Assembly: GCF_030684315.1 (NCBI RefSeq) | Contig: NC_081356.1 | Coordinates: forward strand, 20,795,197 to 20,859,196 | Direction of reading: 5' to 3' | Source of the DNA: Stegostoma tigrinum | Taxonomy: Eukaryota | Length of the DNA stretch: 64,000 bases | Part shown: in pieces, positions 48,606-61,444 of the stretch | Position numbering within the stretch: the first letter of the stretch is position 1 | Layout of the letters: each line of letters begins with the position of its first letter | The notes under the pieces: model-generated | Seen by the model: only the letters and a program-made list of their open reading frames with translations | Told to the model about the DNA's origin: nothing | Database searches by the model: none | Made by a program: the position numbers and the translations under genes

Positions 48606-50356
48606 TATCCATGTTTTTCATTTGCACTGCATTACAATCTTTCAGCTGTCAATTGATATCAACTTGACTGAAGAGAAATCACATGGCTATCATTTAACAT
48701 TTTAGATCATTATCAACTGGCACCATTGCCAATAATTGGCATACATACAATATTACAGCTCCCAAGCATTTGTAATTAACAACATTTGATTTCTTATCGG
48801 TGCTCCGAAGCTGACTGAATGAGAAACTCGGATAAAACTTGATTAAGTTTCACACATCAGTTTACATCAGCATGACATCAACCTTTTTTTTCATACCAAT
48901 TGTTGTTATGTACTGTGTTGACTATTTAACAGGCAGCGTACAGGCTATTTAATGGAGATACAAGCATATAGACCACCCTTTTATCTCTTCTGGTTCTTCT
49001 GGATAGGTATGAACATTGGACATTATAAAATCGAGCTCTGTTAAGACATCTATTATATTTACTTTCCCTTCAGCCTACCCTCCAAAGGCAACTTTACCTG
49101 GCCAAATGCACTGATAGCCTCCTAGTAGGAAATAAAATAGTTCGGACCTGTCATTGCACACGGTTCTTAATTTTTTTGAGTATAGCACACTGGGCATTAG
49201 CCCCTGCCATTCCGAGAATCAAAGATTTTTAAAAGAGATGTTTATGATTTTTTATAATTGTTTAAAATTGCCAAATTGGCCTCTGTTTTAGATGCACATT
49301 GACAGGAAGAACAAATCAGACCTCTTCTGCCGAAAAAAAATGTTATTTGTTACAGGCAGTTAGACTCACGCTACAGATTAACAATTATGAACCATTGGTG
49401 CTTAACTCTACTAATTACAGCTCAAATCCACTTATTAAGCTGCCTCTTACACACAGACACAGACAAGAGAAAAGTAAGTGTTATGGGTGGAGGGAAAACT
49501 GGGAAAGCATTTCATTGGTCTCTGTTTGAAGGATCTGCTGAGATGGTTCTTACACTGATTAGTCTACCTTTTTTAGATGTTTTCACAGATTTCAAGAGAT
49601 AGAGGGCAGCTGATTCACTTTGAAATAAAATCTTTGGCTGATTAATTAGGAGTCATTTCTTGTATCAGTTGTTGGAGGATAAATAAATCAGTTTTCTTCA
49701 GGTTAAAAGTAGTTTTCATTGCAGCGAACAAAGCGTTCCTAAATTCTGAATTCTTCTCACTGTCTTATTCAAAACTCTAAACTATCCAACATCCTGAAAA
49801 CCAGATAGTTGTTGGTGGGCAGAAAGCCTTTGCCATTAATGTCACCATACACCAATCAGCTTCATGTTGTCAACGAAAGTTGCAATTGTGGAGAAACCTT
49901 TGGCACCAGCTCAACTATAAATTACTCGAACAAGCAGCTTTATAAATTACGCTCACAATCAGGTCAGGTTACTTGCTTTGAAACATACAGCAATCCTCCA
50001 GCAATCCATAGTTTTAAAATAACTGTTTTCCATTTCAGCCTACAATTAAAAATACAGAAAATTAAAAGCCATGATCTATGAAAGTAGAATATTTTAAATC
50101 CCAATAGTGGCCACACCTAGTAATTCTCAATCACCCTTTCACAGGTAACTGTTTGGCATTCTCTCTCCTAATTACTCTCACTCAGGTAGACGCTCCAGCT
50201 TCTTCTGTAAGATGCATCTGAGGCTGCAGCCAAAACCAAAAATGCATCGAGCGCTTAAAGTGCAGACATGAAGTTTAGTGTGAAGACAATAGTGGCTCTT
50301 ACCTGGACTGGCAGTGAATACCAACTAAGTGAAAATCAAACACGTGGGTTAAGGTA

Positions 50357-51068
50357 ATAAAATGTGAGGCTGGATGAACACAGCAGGCCCAGCAGCATCT
50401 CAGGAGCACAAAAGCTGACATTTCAGGCCTAGACCCTTCATCAGAGATGGGGATGGGGTGAGGGTTCTGGAATAAATAGGGAGAGAGGGGGGGGTGGACC
50501 GAGGTTGCAGGAACAGCAACTCATATTCCGCTTGGGAACCCTGCAGCCCAATGGTATCAATGTGGACTTCACCAGTTTCAAAATCTCCCCTTCCCCCACC
50601 GCATCCCAAAACCAGTCCAGTTCGTCCCCTCCCCCCACTGCACCACACAACCAGCCCAGCTCTTCCCCTCCACCCACTGCATCCCAAAACCAGTCCAACC
50701 TGTCTCTGCCTCCCTAACCGGTTCTTCCTCTCACCCATCCCTTCCTCCCACCCCAAGCTGCACCTCCATCTCCTACCTACTAACCTCATCCCACCTCCTT
50801 GACCTGTCTGTCTTCCCTGGACTGACCTATCCCCTCCCTACCTCCCCACCTATACTCTCTCCACCTATCTTCTTTTCTCTCCATCTTCGGTCCGCCTCCC
50901 CCTCTCTCCCTATTTATTCCAGAACCCTCACCCCATCCCCCTCTCTGATGAAGGGTCTAGCCCCAAAACGTCAGCTTTTGTGCTCCTGAGATGCTGCTGG
51001 GTCTGCTGTGTTCATCCAGCCTCACATTTTATTATCTTGGATTCTCCAGCATCTGCAGTTCCCATTAT
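50357..51068 (+). mobile_element. Neptune-like PLE inverted insertion (short antisense arm, long tailed arm)
   Basis: Junction ~50500; sense arm encodes LQEQQLIFRLGTLQPNGINVDF (endonuclease end); TSD cacgtgggttaaggta / cacttgggttaaggta. Confidence 0.93.
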
Positions 51069-51174
51069 CACTTGGGTTAAGGTAGGCTGCTTTGGTAGGT
51101 ATTCATCCAAATGTATTTTAAATATTGTTAATTGAATTCAGGAAGAGTTGGCAAACTAGATACACAATTGACTT

Positions 51175-52240
51175 GATGGTCTGAAACAGAGAGTAATAGT
51201 GGAGGGATGTTTGTCAGACTGGAGGCCTGTAACTAGTGGTGTGCCTCAGTGATCAGTGCTGGGCCCATTACTGTTTGTCATCTACATCAATGATTTGGAA
51301 GACAATGTATAAGACATGATTAGTAAGTTTGCAGATGACACTAAAATAGGCAATACTGTGGACAGTAAGGAACGTTATAGAAATTGCGTCAGATCTTTGA
51401 TCAGCTGAGGAAGTGGGCAGAGAAATGACAAATGGAGTTTAATACAGATAAATGTGAGGTGTTGTAGTTTGGAAAGTCAAATCAAGGTAGGAATTTCATG
51501 GTAAAACATATGGCCGTAAGAAATGTAATGGAACAGAGGGACCTTGGAGTTCGGGTGCATAGTTCTCTGATAGTGAATTTATAGGCAGACAGGGCAGTGA
51601 AGAAGGCCTTTGGCACACTGGCCTTCATCAGTCTGGGCATTGAGTATTGAAGTTGGGAAGTTATGTTGCACTTGTACAGGACATTGCTGAGGCTGCACTT
51701 GGAGTATCATGTTCAGTTTTGGCCACTTTGCTATAGAAAGGATGTTATTAAACTGGAAGAGTGCAGAAGAAATTTACAAGGATGTTGCCAGGACTCAAGA
51801 GACTGAGTTATAGGGAAAGGTTGGACAAACTAGGTCTTTTTTCTTGGGAGTTTAGGACATTGAGGAGGGATCTTACAGAAGTGTATGAGATCATGAGAGG
51901 CATGGATAAGGTGAATACACTCTGTTTTTCCCCAGGGTTGGGGAATCAAGACTGAGAGGACGTCAGTTTAAGATAAGAGGGGAATGAATACATTCAGAAC
52001 CTGAGGAACAATTTGTTTTTACGCAGAGGGTGAAACACATATAGAATGAACAGCCAGTAGAAATGGTTGAGGTTGATACATTAACATTTAAAAAGCATTT
52101 GGATGAATACATGAACAGGAAGGTTGAGAAGGATATGGGCCAAGTGCAGGGAAATAGGTTTAGCGTGGATAGCCGTTTCGGTCAGCCTGGACCAGTTTGG
52201 GCAGAAGGTTCTATCTCTGTGCTGTGGGGCTCTTTAATGA
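51175..52240 (+). mobile_element. CR1 LINE 3' half
   Basis: VTSGVPQ*SVLGPLLFVIYINDL...ISKFADDTKI; QKKFTRMLPGL; stops present. Confidence 0.93.
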
Positions 52241-53038
52241 GGTGGACTGACTAGAAAAGCTGGAATACTGAAGTTACCTCCAAGAAGGTTCACAGAAGAA
52301 GAGCAAGAAGTCAACAGTGAAGGAAACAGACTGACAACAGAGACTGACTTAACTGAAACTCCAATGAGGTCTTCCACTGCTATGATGATCAGAAAGTTTA
52401 GAAGACCTTGGTGATCTTTAGCACGTGGGATGGTATTTAGACAACTACCACAATCATGAAACTGATCAAGTGACAGCCATCCTTTGCATCAATTTTTAAA
52501 AGAACCTTTATAATGTTTACATTGCATTATGTAGTTCTGTGAATGCAAAGCCAGGAAATTAGACTATTGTTCCTTTGAATTAGAAATAGAAACAACAACA
52601 GAATAAGAATTCAGGAAGAGGAAACATTATGCAAAACTGGGGAAAAAAGAACATACGGATGTATAATGCATTACCTGGAGCTGAATATTTGATCAGAATG
52701 CCCACCACCAGCCAGCTGATCGATCTCTGGCCCATCAGCACTCAAAATGACCCAGCACTGTCAACATAGCAGAAACCAACACAAAGGCTGATACCTCCAA
52801 ATTCTATCTCTGCCCACCTCAAATCCAGAAACTGACTTTTAATTAAACCTTATCTTTGAACATATCATGTCCTTCAGTTCCAACTATTTAATTTTGAAGC
52901 ACTGTCATAACTTTTTGATGGAGGCCTGAACCTTCTATAAAGAAATTTGAACTCCCAGTTATTAATTCAATTATGCCAAAATATCTGAAACTTGGTTAAA
53001 AATAATCCTTACTGCATGAGAAGTAATCAAAACGGGAA

Positions 53039-53042
<4 letters not shown>

Positions 53043-53077
<35 letters not shown>
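53043..53077. repeat. (TTA)n microsatellite
   Basis: Direct inspection. Confidence 0.95.
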
Positions 53078-53080
<3 letters not shown>

Positions 53081-53088
53081 TTAAGCTC

Positions 53089-53911
53089 ATCAATACAGTG
53101 TGGAGCTAGAGGAACACAACAGGCCAGGTAGCATCAGAGGAGTAGGACAGTCAACATTTCGGGATGGGACCCTTCATCATGGGGAGGGCAAAGGGAGCTG
53201 GGAAATAAATAGAGGGAGGGTGGGTGGGGCTGGGGAAGGTAGGTGGGATGGAAAGGGGTGGATGCAGGTAGGGTGGTGGGATTGGTCAGTGGGAAGGGTG
53301 GGGTGGATAGTTGGGAAAGAAGATGGACAGGTTGTGTCAGGTCAAGTTGGTGGGGATGAGGGGCTGGGTTGGGCATGGGATGCGGCCCCAAACAAACTTT
53401 ACATATCCGACAGGGATTCACCTGTATACCCTCCAACCTGGTCTACTGTATCTCTTGTTCCTGATTTGGCCTCCTCTAGATCAGTGAGACCAAGTGCAGA
53501 TTCGGTGACCAATTCGCAGAGCATCTGCGCTCTTTACACTATAATCAACAACACCTTCTGGTCGCCAACCATTTTAACTCCCCCGACCATCCCCTTGATG
53601 ATGTGTCCATCTTCCAGTGCCACAATGTTGCCACACACAAACAGGAGCAACAACACTGCATATTCTGCCTCAGGAGCCTGTGGCCCAATGCCTAAAAGTA
53701 GAATTTACGAGTTTCAAAATCTCTCCACCGCCAGCCTCACCTGCCCTCCCTCTATTCATTCCCAGCTCCCTTCCCCCTCCCCAGACCTGATGAAGGGCCC
53801 TGAGCTTAAACATCGAATTTCTTGCTCCTCTGATGCCACATGATCTGCTGAGTTTCTCCAGCTCCACACTGTATTAACTCTGATTCCTGAATCAACAGTT
53901 CTTGCTATCTC
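53089..53911 (+). mobile_element. Older Neptune-like PLE inverted insertion
   Basis: Antisense arm to ~53382; sense arm GPKQTLHIRQGFTC..NLVYCISCS...ISETKCRFGD (GIY-YIG); degenerate hammerhead at 53787; imperfect TSD ttattaatttaagct / ttactaatttcaact. Confidence 0.85.
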
Positions 53912-54489
53912 CTCTTACTAATTTCAACTACACTGTTCAATCCTAAAAATTTCAACAGAACTCTTTGTTCTCCTTTTATTTCCAACCAACAGTTTACTAA
54001 TTCTCCAGAGGATTTAGATGTTTCATTCACCTCTCCTGGGTTGAAACTGAGGTGTGCCACAGCTTTCAGTCATTCATCTGAATTCACAGGGTTCCTGCTA
54101 TTCTATGAGGAGTGATATTTCTTGAAATGATTCTGCAATTGGCCAGCCAAATCTCATTAAGTATCTCACCATTGTAGATTCCTCATTTGATTCATGGGCC
54201 TCTTACATTTTTGCTTCCTGATTTCACATCAGAAGAAGTCTTTGGTTCTGATAACTTTCTCCTCCTGACTTACACTTCGTGGCAGATTACCTGTCATTCT
54301 CTTTCTGTTTCCAAGCTGGTCTACCTCCATTCTTAAATTGACTGTTTCAAAGCTGCTGCCAGTCTGAGAAATCACGCAAATTAATCTAACCAAAGGAAAC
54401 TGTTCTGCAAACTATGTCAATTGCAACTTGGCAAAACTGTAATGTCCCAAATTGACATTTAACCAAAGTACATGTGTCACTAAACCTGT

Positions 54490-55058
54490 CATAGAGTCAG
54501 AGTTGTACAGCACAGAAACAACCCTGTGGACCAACTCACCCATGTTAATCAGATACCCTAAATTTATTTAGGCCCATATGCAAGTATTTGGCCCAGATTT
54601 CTCCAAACTCTTCCTATACATTCCAGATACATTTTAAATGTTGTAATTGTACCATCCTCCACCACTTCCTCCGGCAGTTCATTCCGTACACACACCATCA
54701 CCTGTGTGAAAAAGTTCCCCATCAGGTCCTTTTGAAATCTTTCCCCTCTCACCTTAAACCTATGCCCTCTAGTTTTGGACTCCACTAGCGTGTGGAAAAG
54801 ACCTTGACTTTTCACACTATCTGTGCTCCTCATGATTTCATGAAGTTCTATAAGGTCACTCCTCAGCCTCCAACACTCCAGGGAACATGGCCCCAGCCTA
54901 TTCAGCCTCTCCCTGTAGCTCACACTCTCCATCTCTGGTGATATCTTTGTAAATCCTTTCTCATCCCTTCCAATTTTCACAACATCTTTCCTATGGCAGG
55001 GAAACAGGAACTGAATGCAGTGTTCCAAAAGCAGCCTAACCCATGTCCTATATAGCCA
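54490..55058 (-). mobile_element. CR1 LINE 3' fragment
   Basis: ORF 54564-55028 EHCIQFLFPCHRKDVVK...TRGHRFKVRGERF. Confidence 0.92.
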
Positions 55059-55384
55059 TTCTATCGGAAAAGCATTTCAATAATTTTTGGCTCTTCACTG
55101 TCTACCAGTTACTTTTGATAATTTTATTCTGAGCAAATAATCAGAATAATATACAGCTCAAATAAAGCCAACTAGTCTTACCAGAATTCCTGGCTTCTTC
55201 TAAGCTGAGAGCTTTGTTAAGAGAGGACAATGGCATTTGTTTATTGTTTTAGTGTCTCTCAGTATGGCACTTTAAGTAAACATGGACTATCGATTGAATG
55301 CAATTTTCTTAGGCCTGTTTACCAGATTTTGAAACCAAATGCTTTCAACTGCCTCACATTCAAAAAAATTCAAACCATGAAATA

Positions 55385-55745
55385 AATGCTATGTTCCTCT
55401 AACACATTAATCATGAATTGACGTATTCCCAACGTTAAGTAAATGTAGCAGGCAATTTTCACAAAGCAAGGTCCTCAAGGAATAATATGATGACTGCTAT
55501 TCTGTTTGCAGGTTCTTGATAATGGATAATTAATTGCCAGGGTAGAGGAGATTCCAGCAGTTCTGCTGCTCCCATTTCTACAGTCAGATTGGACCCACTT
55601 CTCATTTCTCAACCAATCTCAACATTACTGAAAGCACAGCACTCCTTTACTACTGCAGGCAAATCTGAGCTTAGATCAGAAAATCAAATACTGTGGTAAG
55701 GCAAACTTCTGATCATCTGGTTTAGAGCTTAAAGTGCTCCAATGG
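55385..55745 (-). mobile_element. Deu-domain SINE, old
   Basis: gcaggcaattttcacaaagcaagg and cagcactcc...tactgca reverse matches to this SINE type. Confidence 0.45.
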
Positions 55746-57213
55746 TTCATTTTTAAAGAGCATCAATTATATTACATAGTCCTATCATCTCAATAATACT
55801 CCACAACTCTGTCAGGCCTTTTCAATCATCCTTTACTTCTTTCAAGCTTCGCCATTTTCGACTCATCTGGCTGGGGAATGTCTTGCCTGCCACCAGTTGA
55901 AATGACCTTTTTAAAGCTGAGGTCCTAAAGACTGCACTTTGTTCCTCTGAATTATGTGGTTTCTTAAAGGGACATATGATTACTAGAGAATCAGTATCCA
56001 CGTGTGCATGTGGTTGACACTCGCACTGACATAATATATTAAATTGAAATTAAAGCTATTAAATTCCTGCTTTGTGTGAGGACTGGCAAAAAATTGTGAT
56101 GAATTTCCTGCTGTTAATAATAAAAGTGAAAGTATCAATGTAAGGATAAACTTAGAGTTTGTAATCACCCTTTTTAAAATGCAGAGGACTATTCCTAAAC
56201 GTATTTTCATTCAATTCAAATGTTGAAATTATTAACTAATTTATATATTCAATAACTAATGGGCATTCATGGCAACACCAAATATTGAATGATTCACAAG
56301 ACAATGTCCTCAGGGAAACAGTAGTAAATAATATATTATATTTTACTGATAAAATTATCTTATTGTGTGTTTTTTTTTAAGTGCAGCTATTACTTAATTT
56401 GTGATCTCTGAAAGCATAAAAATTTGGACTTTTATTGTTATAGTTAATCTAGAAATTTCAAAATAAAATTGCATTCTTGCAAGAATTTTGGAGAGACATA
56501 CATTTGCTCCTCCCAAAAAGCAGGTCATCTATTAATTAGTGAACTGTACCACTTTTATTTCACATCATCAAGATATTTACTCTTCCATGCTCTCAACTAG
56601 AAAATAATATTTAGGTAGGGCATTCTTGTCTATTCTTTGCCTCTGTTGTAATTTTTGATACAGTGCCAGGACTGAGAAAAACATAGCAATTATTTCTATT
56701 GTAAAGGACTCTGATTACATTTAAGAAGCCATTAGTAAAACCAGATATTTCTGTCGTCTTAAATGCTAAATGATGTTCAGTATGATTAAAAGATCATTAG
56801 AAATCTAAAAATAACTTGAATCCATTAGCATTAAATGACTTTGATTGAGCACATCAAGAACAACCACATCTATTTCTGACATAATCACATTGCTCTTGCC
56901 AGACCTCTTGATGGGAAGTATTTTATTCTATTTTCACATTAAGCCAGAATTTTAAAATCAGCCTGTAATTGCCCACCAATCATAGATAAAATTTAAATCT
57001 TCATCAGGCTTTCATAATTACTTCACAAAAGCCCGTTTGCATGTAACTAGTAATAACACTTGTATATTCTATTTACAGGTCAATTGGTTTTATCAAGAAA
57101 GAATCTTTTCGTTGATACAGATCACCTAGATGGTCAGCTGATTGATGGTTTTCTAGTTGCCCTTAATATTGAAATGAAAAGCATAAGGGTATAGAAATTT
57201 AAAAAGTGCAATC

Positions 57214-58890
57214 TGTCCGCATACAGTGAAATAACTCCACAGAGGCTGGTATCTCATCACCATGTTGACCTTTATTTTCACATGAAGAATCTGTAATACT
57301 GATGCAACTCCCTCAGAACCAGCTACCTCAGAGTGTAGCAGGAGCTGCAGATGCTGGAGAATCTGAGGTAACAAGGTGTAGAGCTGGATGAACACTGCAG
57401 GCCAAGCAGCATCAGGGGAGCAGGAAGGCCTATTTTCTAGGCCCGAAACATCAGCCTGCTTGATCCTCTGATGCTGCTTGGCCTGCTGTGTTCATCCAGC
57501 TCTATACCTTGTTACCTCAGAGTCAGCAGGATTGCTGATGCTCCTGCTTAAATCTGTCAGGCAGGGCTCTGTGATTGGACAGATTATCTGCCCCAGTCAG
57601 GGAACACATATTCTACAACATCTACCTGGCTGACCTCATTATAATCATAACACCCCTCCCCCCTGAGTCTGAAGACTTGGGCTGGTTCTTTTTTTTGTAG
57701 CTAGTTCCTGGATTATGTTAGCATGGGATCATGTTCCCCCAACTTTGCCCCTGATATGGATGGCGTGTAACGCACAGTAGATTGCCTCTTGTGACTAGAA
57801 CATCTTGTAAGAAATTCATCCATGTGTCATTCTCAAATTCCAAGGTATCTTCGACACATGGCAGAGAGAGACAACCCATGGATGCCGGAGCAGTAAGAAA
57901 GGCTGTCAAGGAGCTGGGAATGTTTTACTCCCTCACCATTTGCATGTTTGCAGCTTTTATATGGTCCACATATTTGTTCAGGACCATCGCACCTACTGAA
58001 ACTTTTTAGGTCACTAGACCTGACCTCATGTGAATCATGCTTCTTACCCATGCAAGGCCATTCCCATGGTTCCTACAACAAACTTCATTCCCTGAAGTAA
58101 ATTGCTCCTGTTGCTTATCGGAGTCTTATGTCCAGCATTGGTGTTCCTAATGCTGTTTCACCCTCACCTTGCAGCCCACCCCCCACCCAGGTCCAGGAAG
58201 ATCAGATTTAATGTGGTGCCCAGTCTTTCACCCTCATTAGCAACTCTGCTGGAGTTATCACTGTGGTTGTATGTGGGGTGATCCTTTAAACAGGTGGGAG
58301 CCAGGACAGTTTGATATCTAGAGAAGCTGTAGGCTGTTTCATTAAGCCTGCCTTCCAAGACTGCCTGCATAGTCCATATGCAACCGAGTTCAAGGTTTAC
58401 CTGACCATTCCCACGAATGTAGGGAGCTGCTGGCAGTAATTTTTGTCATTGTTGGCACTCTGGGAACTGTCCCACAAATGTAGCTATGGCTGCATCCAGT
58501 TCTATCTACAAGACACAACCGTTCCCCAACATCTTTAGTTTGGAAACCCCTGGAAGACCTGAGTGGAGTTCAGCCAGTATCTATTAAAAATCGAGGCTCC
58601 ATAATTGCTTTCACTCGCCAGGAGTTTCCCAAGCTCAGTCAGACAGGTGAGGGTGTCCACTTCCATCAGAATTTCCTGCAAATTATACGTGGCAACTGCC
58701 AAATTTTCCACTGATAAAGCCAATGTTACTGCCTGTTTGAAGTCCAGTTGGACTCCACCTATAAAGTGCTTAGGCATGTTTACTTCATTAAACAAACGTT
58801 CTCTCAGAATCTCATTAAGGATCTTCTGGTCAATCTGTCTTTTGAGAATCAATGAGATAAGAGCACCCTTGTTGTCTTTGGAGTCTGGGA
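57214..58890 (-). mobile_element. Gypsy LTR retrotransposon remnant (gag and integrase pieces, PPT, 3' LTR 57214-57652)
   Basis: Integrase ECQQ*QKLLPAAPLHSWEWSGKP*TRLHMDYAG and TPHTTTVITPAELLM; gag-like LNEILRERL...LDFKQAVTLALS; PPT agggggagggg before the TGT LTR start. Confidence 0.88.
57335..57512 (-). mobile_element. Neptune-like PLE inverted mini-insertion inside the Gypsy LTR
   Basis: Tail on left; arms join inside the hammerhead; TSD tacctcagagt at 57324-57334 and 57513-57523. Confidence 0.88.
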
Positions 58891-59874
58891 GAAAAACAAG
58901 TTGAAATTCTGCTGTACAATGTTAGCATACACGAGTATTAGTAGATTAGTGAGAAATGTTTAATTTTATCGGCGATTTCAACATTGATTTCAGTCATCTT
59001 TTATTATTATAGAGATGATCAGTGACAGGGAATTTCAATTCAGATGAATTAGGATTTTCCAAGACTGAAAGGCAACAAGGTAACACGTATTTACACGACA
59101 GTCTGCGTAAAAAATGTGCCAATTAGAATATGTTGATTTTGTTTGAAAATATTAAACACTGTGCAACTTCTTTTGTCAGGCAAAACTTTTTATTTTCTTT
59201 TGACGGATTTTTGCAAAACAAACAAACCAACAAGTTTTCTTTCTGAATGCCACATTCCATCAAGAAATTTACAGTATCTCATTGACGTATTCGGGGCTGA
59301 AGAATCATGCAAAAATGCAACATGTCATCTGCACACCATCATAGTGCCTGTTTCTGACCCATTCCGCAATTTTTAAATTTACTGAAGGTGTTAGGTTAGC
59401 TGCCCATATACCTTGGGTCCTCTGAGGTCCTTGAATGCCACATTTTGCCCCACACTTCTGCTTTGCTGGAAATAGTGGAGTCCTATGCAAAGGAGTTAGC
59501 TTGATGGCTTTAAGTGCACAGCTTGAGATTAGTGTAAAAAGATATCTTCTATTCTCTGGTGTCTATTGGAAGCACTTCACCAAGATCGAATGCCATTTTA
59601 ACTTTCTTATCCTGAGCTGCCAACCCACCTCACCAACTCCCTTACTCCCCACACACATGGCTGCCATCTGGGCCATGCAGAACCTCCAGGGTTACCTAAA
59701 AGCAGCCTCCATTAGCTCATATTCTTTGGGAACTATCTTTTCACCAAGCAATGGTCACCATTTGAACTTGTCGCCACTGGGACCAAATAGTTGGTCCATC
59801 CAATTGGTTGGCAGCTCTCTAGGGTCAACTTTCTCCCTAGGTGGGGGCCGAAGAATTAGCCAGTTAACATGCCA

Positions 59875-60590
59875 ATAAATGACTGAGTATCAGTGAGCAG
59901 GTTATTGCTGAGCAGGTGCTGCTTAATAGCACTGTTGATGACACCTTCCATCACTTTACTGATCATCAAGAGTAGAATGATATGGCGGCAACTGATTGGG
60001 TTGGATTTGTTCTGCTATTTGCGTACTCGGTAATCCTAGGCAATTTTCCACTTGATGGGTAGATGCCGTTGTGATAGCTGTACTATAAAAGCTTAGCAAG
60101 ATATGCTGCAAATTCTCGAGCACTAGTTTTAAATACTATTTTCAGGGCCTATAGCCTGTGCACCATCCAATGTCTCCAATTGTTTCTGATATCTATGTGG
60201 AGTGAATCTAATTGCCTAAGGACAAGCATCTGTGATGCTGGGAACTTGTGGAAAAGGCCAAGATGGATCATCCATTTGGCACTTCTGGCTGAAGATTATT
60301 GTGAGGGCTTCAGTCTTAGTTTTTGCACTGATGTGCGTGGCACTGCCATCATTAGATATGTAGGTTTGTGTGAAGCCCCCACCTTCAGTGAGATATTTGA
60401 TTGCTCATTGCCATTCACAACTGAATATGGCAGAAATGCAGAGCTTAGATCTGCTCTGTTGGTTGTGGGCTTGCTTAGATCTGTGTATCTTCATGAGTTA
60501 GATTTACTCAAAGTCAGTCCCATTTAGCACAGTGATAATACCACATAACATCATGTAAGGCATTTGAATGTGAGGGCAGAACTTAGCCAA
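59875..60590 (-). mobile_element. LINE RT fragment (35200 family)
   Basis: Reverse strand ILLLMISKVMEGVINSAIKQHLLSNNLLTDTQ, an RT N-terminal motif. Confidence 0.8.
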
Positions 60591-61444
60591 GGAAGTTGAG
60601 GATCGGATAAAGTTGAAAGAAAAAAACCATGCAGTGCAGCAAAGATTTGTGCTAAGTCAGAGGACTGGGAAAAGTTTAAAACACACAAAAGATGGCCTAG
60701 ATGTAAATAAGAGGAAGAAAATGAACTTTCAGAGTAAACTAAATGTAATACAAAAATACAAGTAAGAGCTTTTTAAAATAAGTATTAAAAAATGCCAAGA
60801 CGAGTGTAGACCCTTTAGTGAATGAGGCTGGGGAAATAACAATAGAGAGCCAGGAAATGGTAGGGTAGTTGAAAACATGAATAGCATTTCAAAAATACAA
60901 AATAATCAAGGCCAAAATGAGGTGCAAATAAACACAATAGCTATCACGAGAGAAAAAGTACAAGCAAAACTTAATAGGCTAAAGGCTGATACATCTCCCG
61001 GATATAATGTGCTGCATTCTACGAGATAAATAAAACGTAGCCACAGAGATAGTGGATACATTGGAGGTAATCTTCCAGGAATCCATTGATTCTGGAAAAG
61101 TCCTATAGGATTGATATCTACTAATGTAAATCTTTATTCAAGAAAGGGTGTGAATAAAAACAAATCGGCCAGTTTGCTTCTTTACCAGAGTGGTAATTAA
61201 TGAGCAAGGAAGCCATACACTGCAGGAGGATGTCAGCAGGGCAGAGCAAAGGCAAACGGAATTGATTGCAGAAAAGTGTGAGGTAATGTATTTGCTGAAA
61301 GCCAACATAGCCAAGGATTACACAATGAATTGTAGGATCCTGGAAAGTATTGAAGATCAAAAGACCTTGGTGGGCCTATCCACAGATGCCGAAAGGTATC
61401 AGAGTAGGAAGATAAGGTAGTTAAGAAGGCATATTGGATGCTTG

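Noticed and set aside
53100-53843. 247-aa ORF as a novel protein
   Set aside because: It crosses the inversion junction of a PLE and is out of frame with the GIY-YIG remnant
12133-57512. CRISPR array or prokaryotic defence system suggested by recurring palindromic repeats
   Set aside because: Repeats are dispersed, ~95 bp or longer, flanked by TSDs and match PLE termini; there are no spacers or cas genes and the context is eukaryotic
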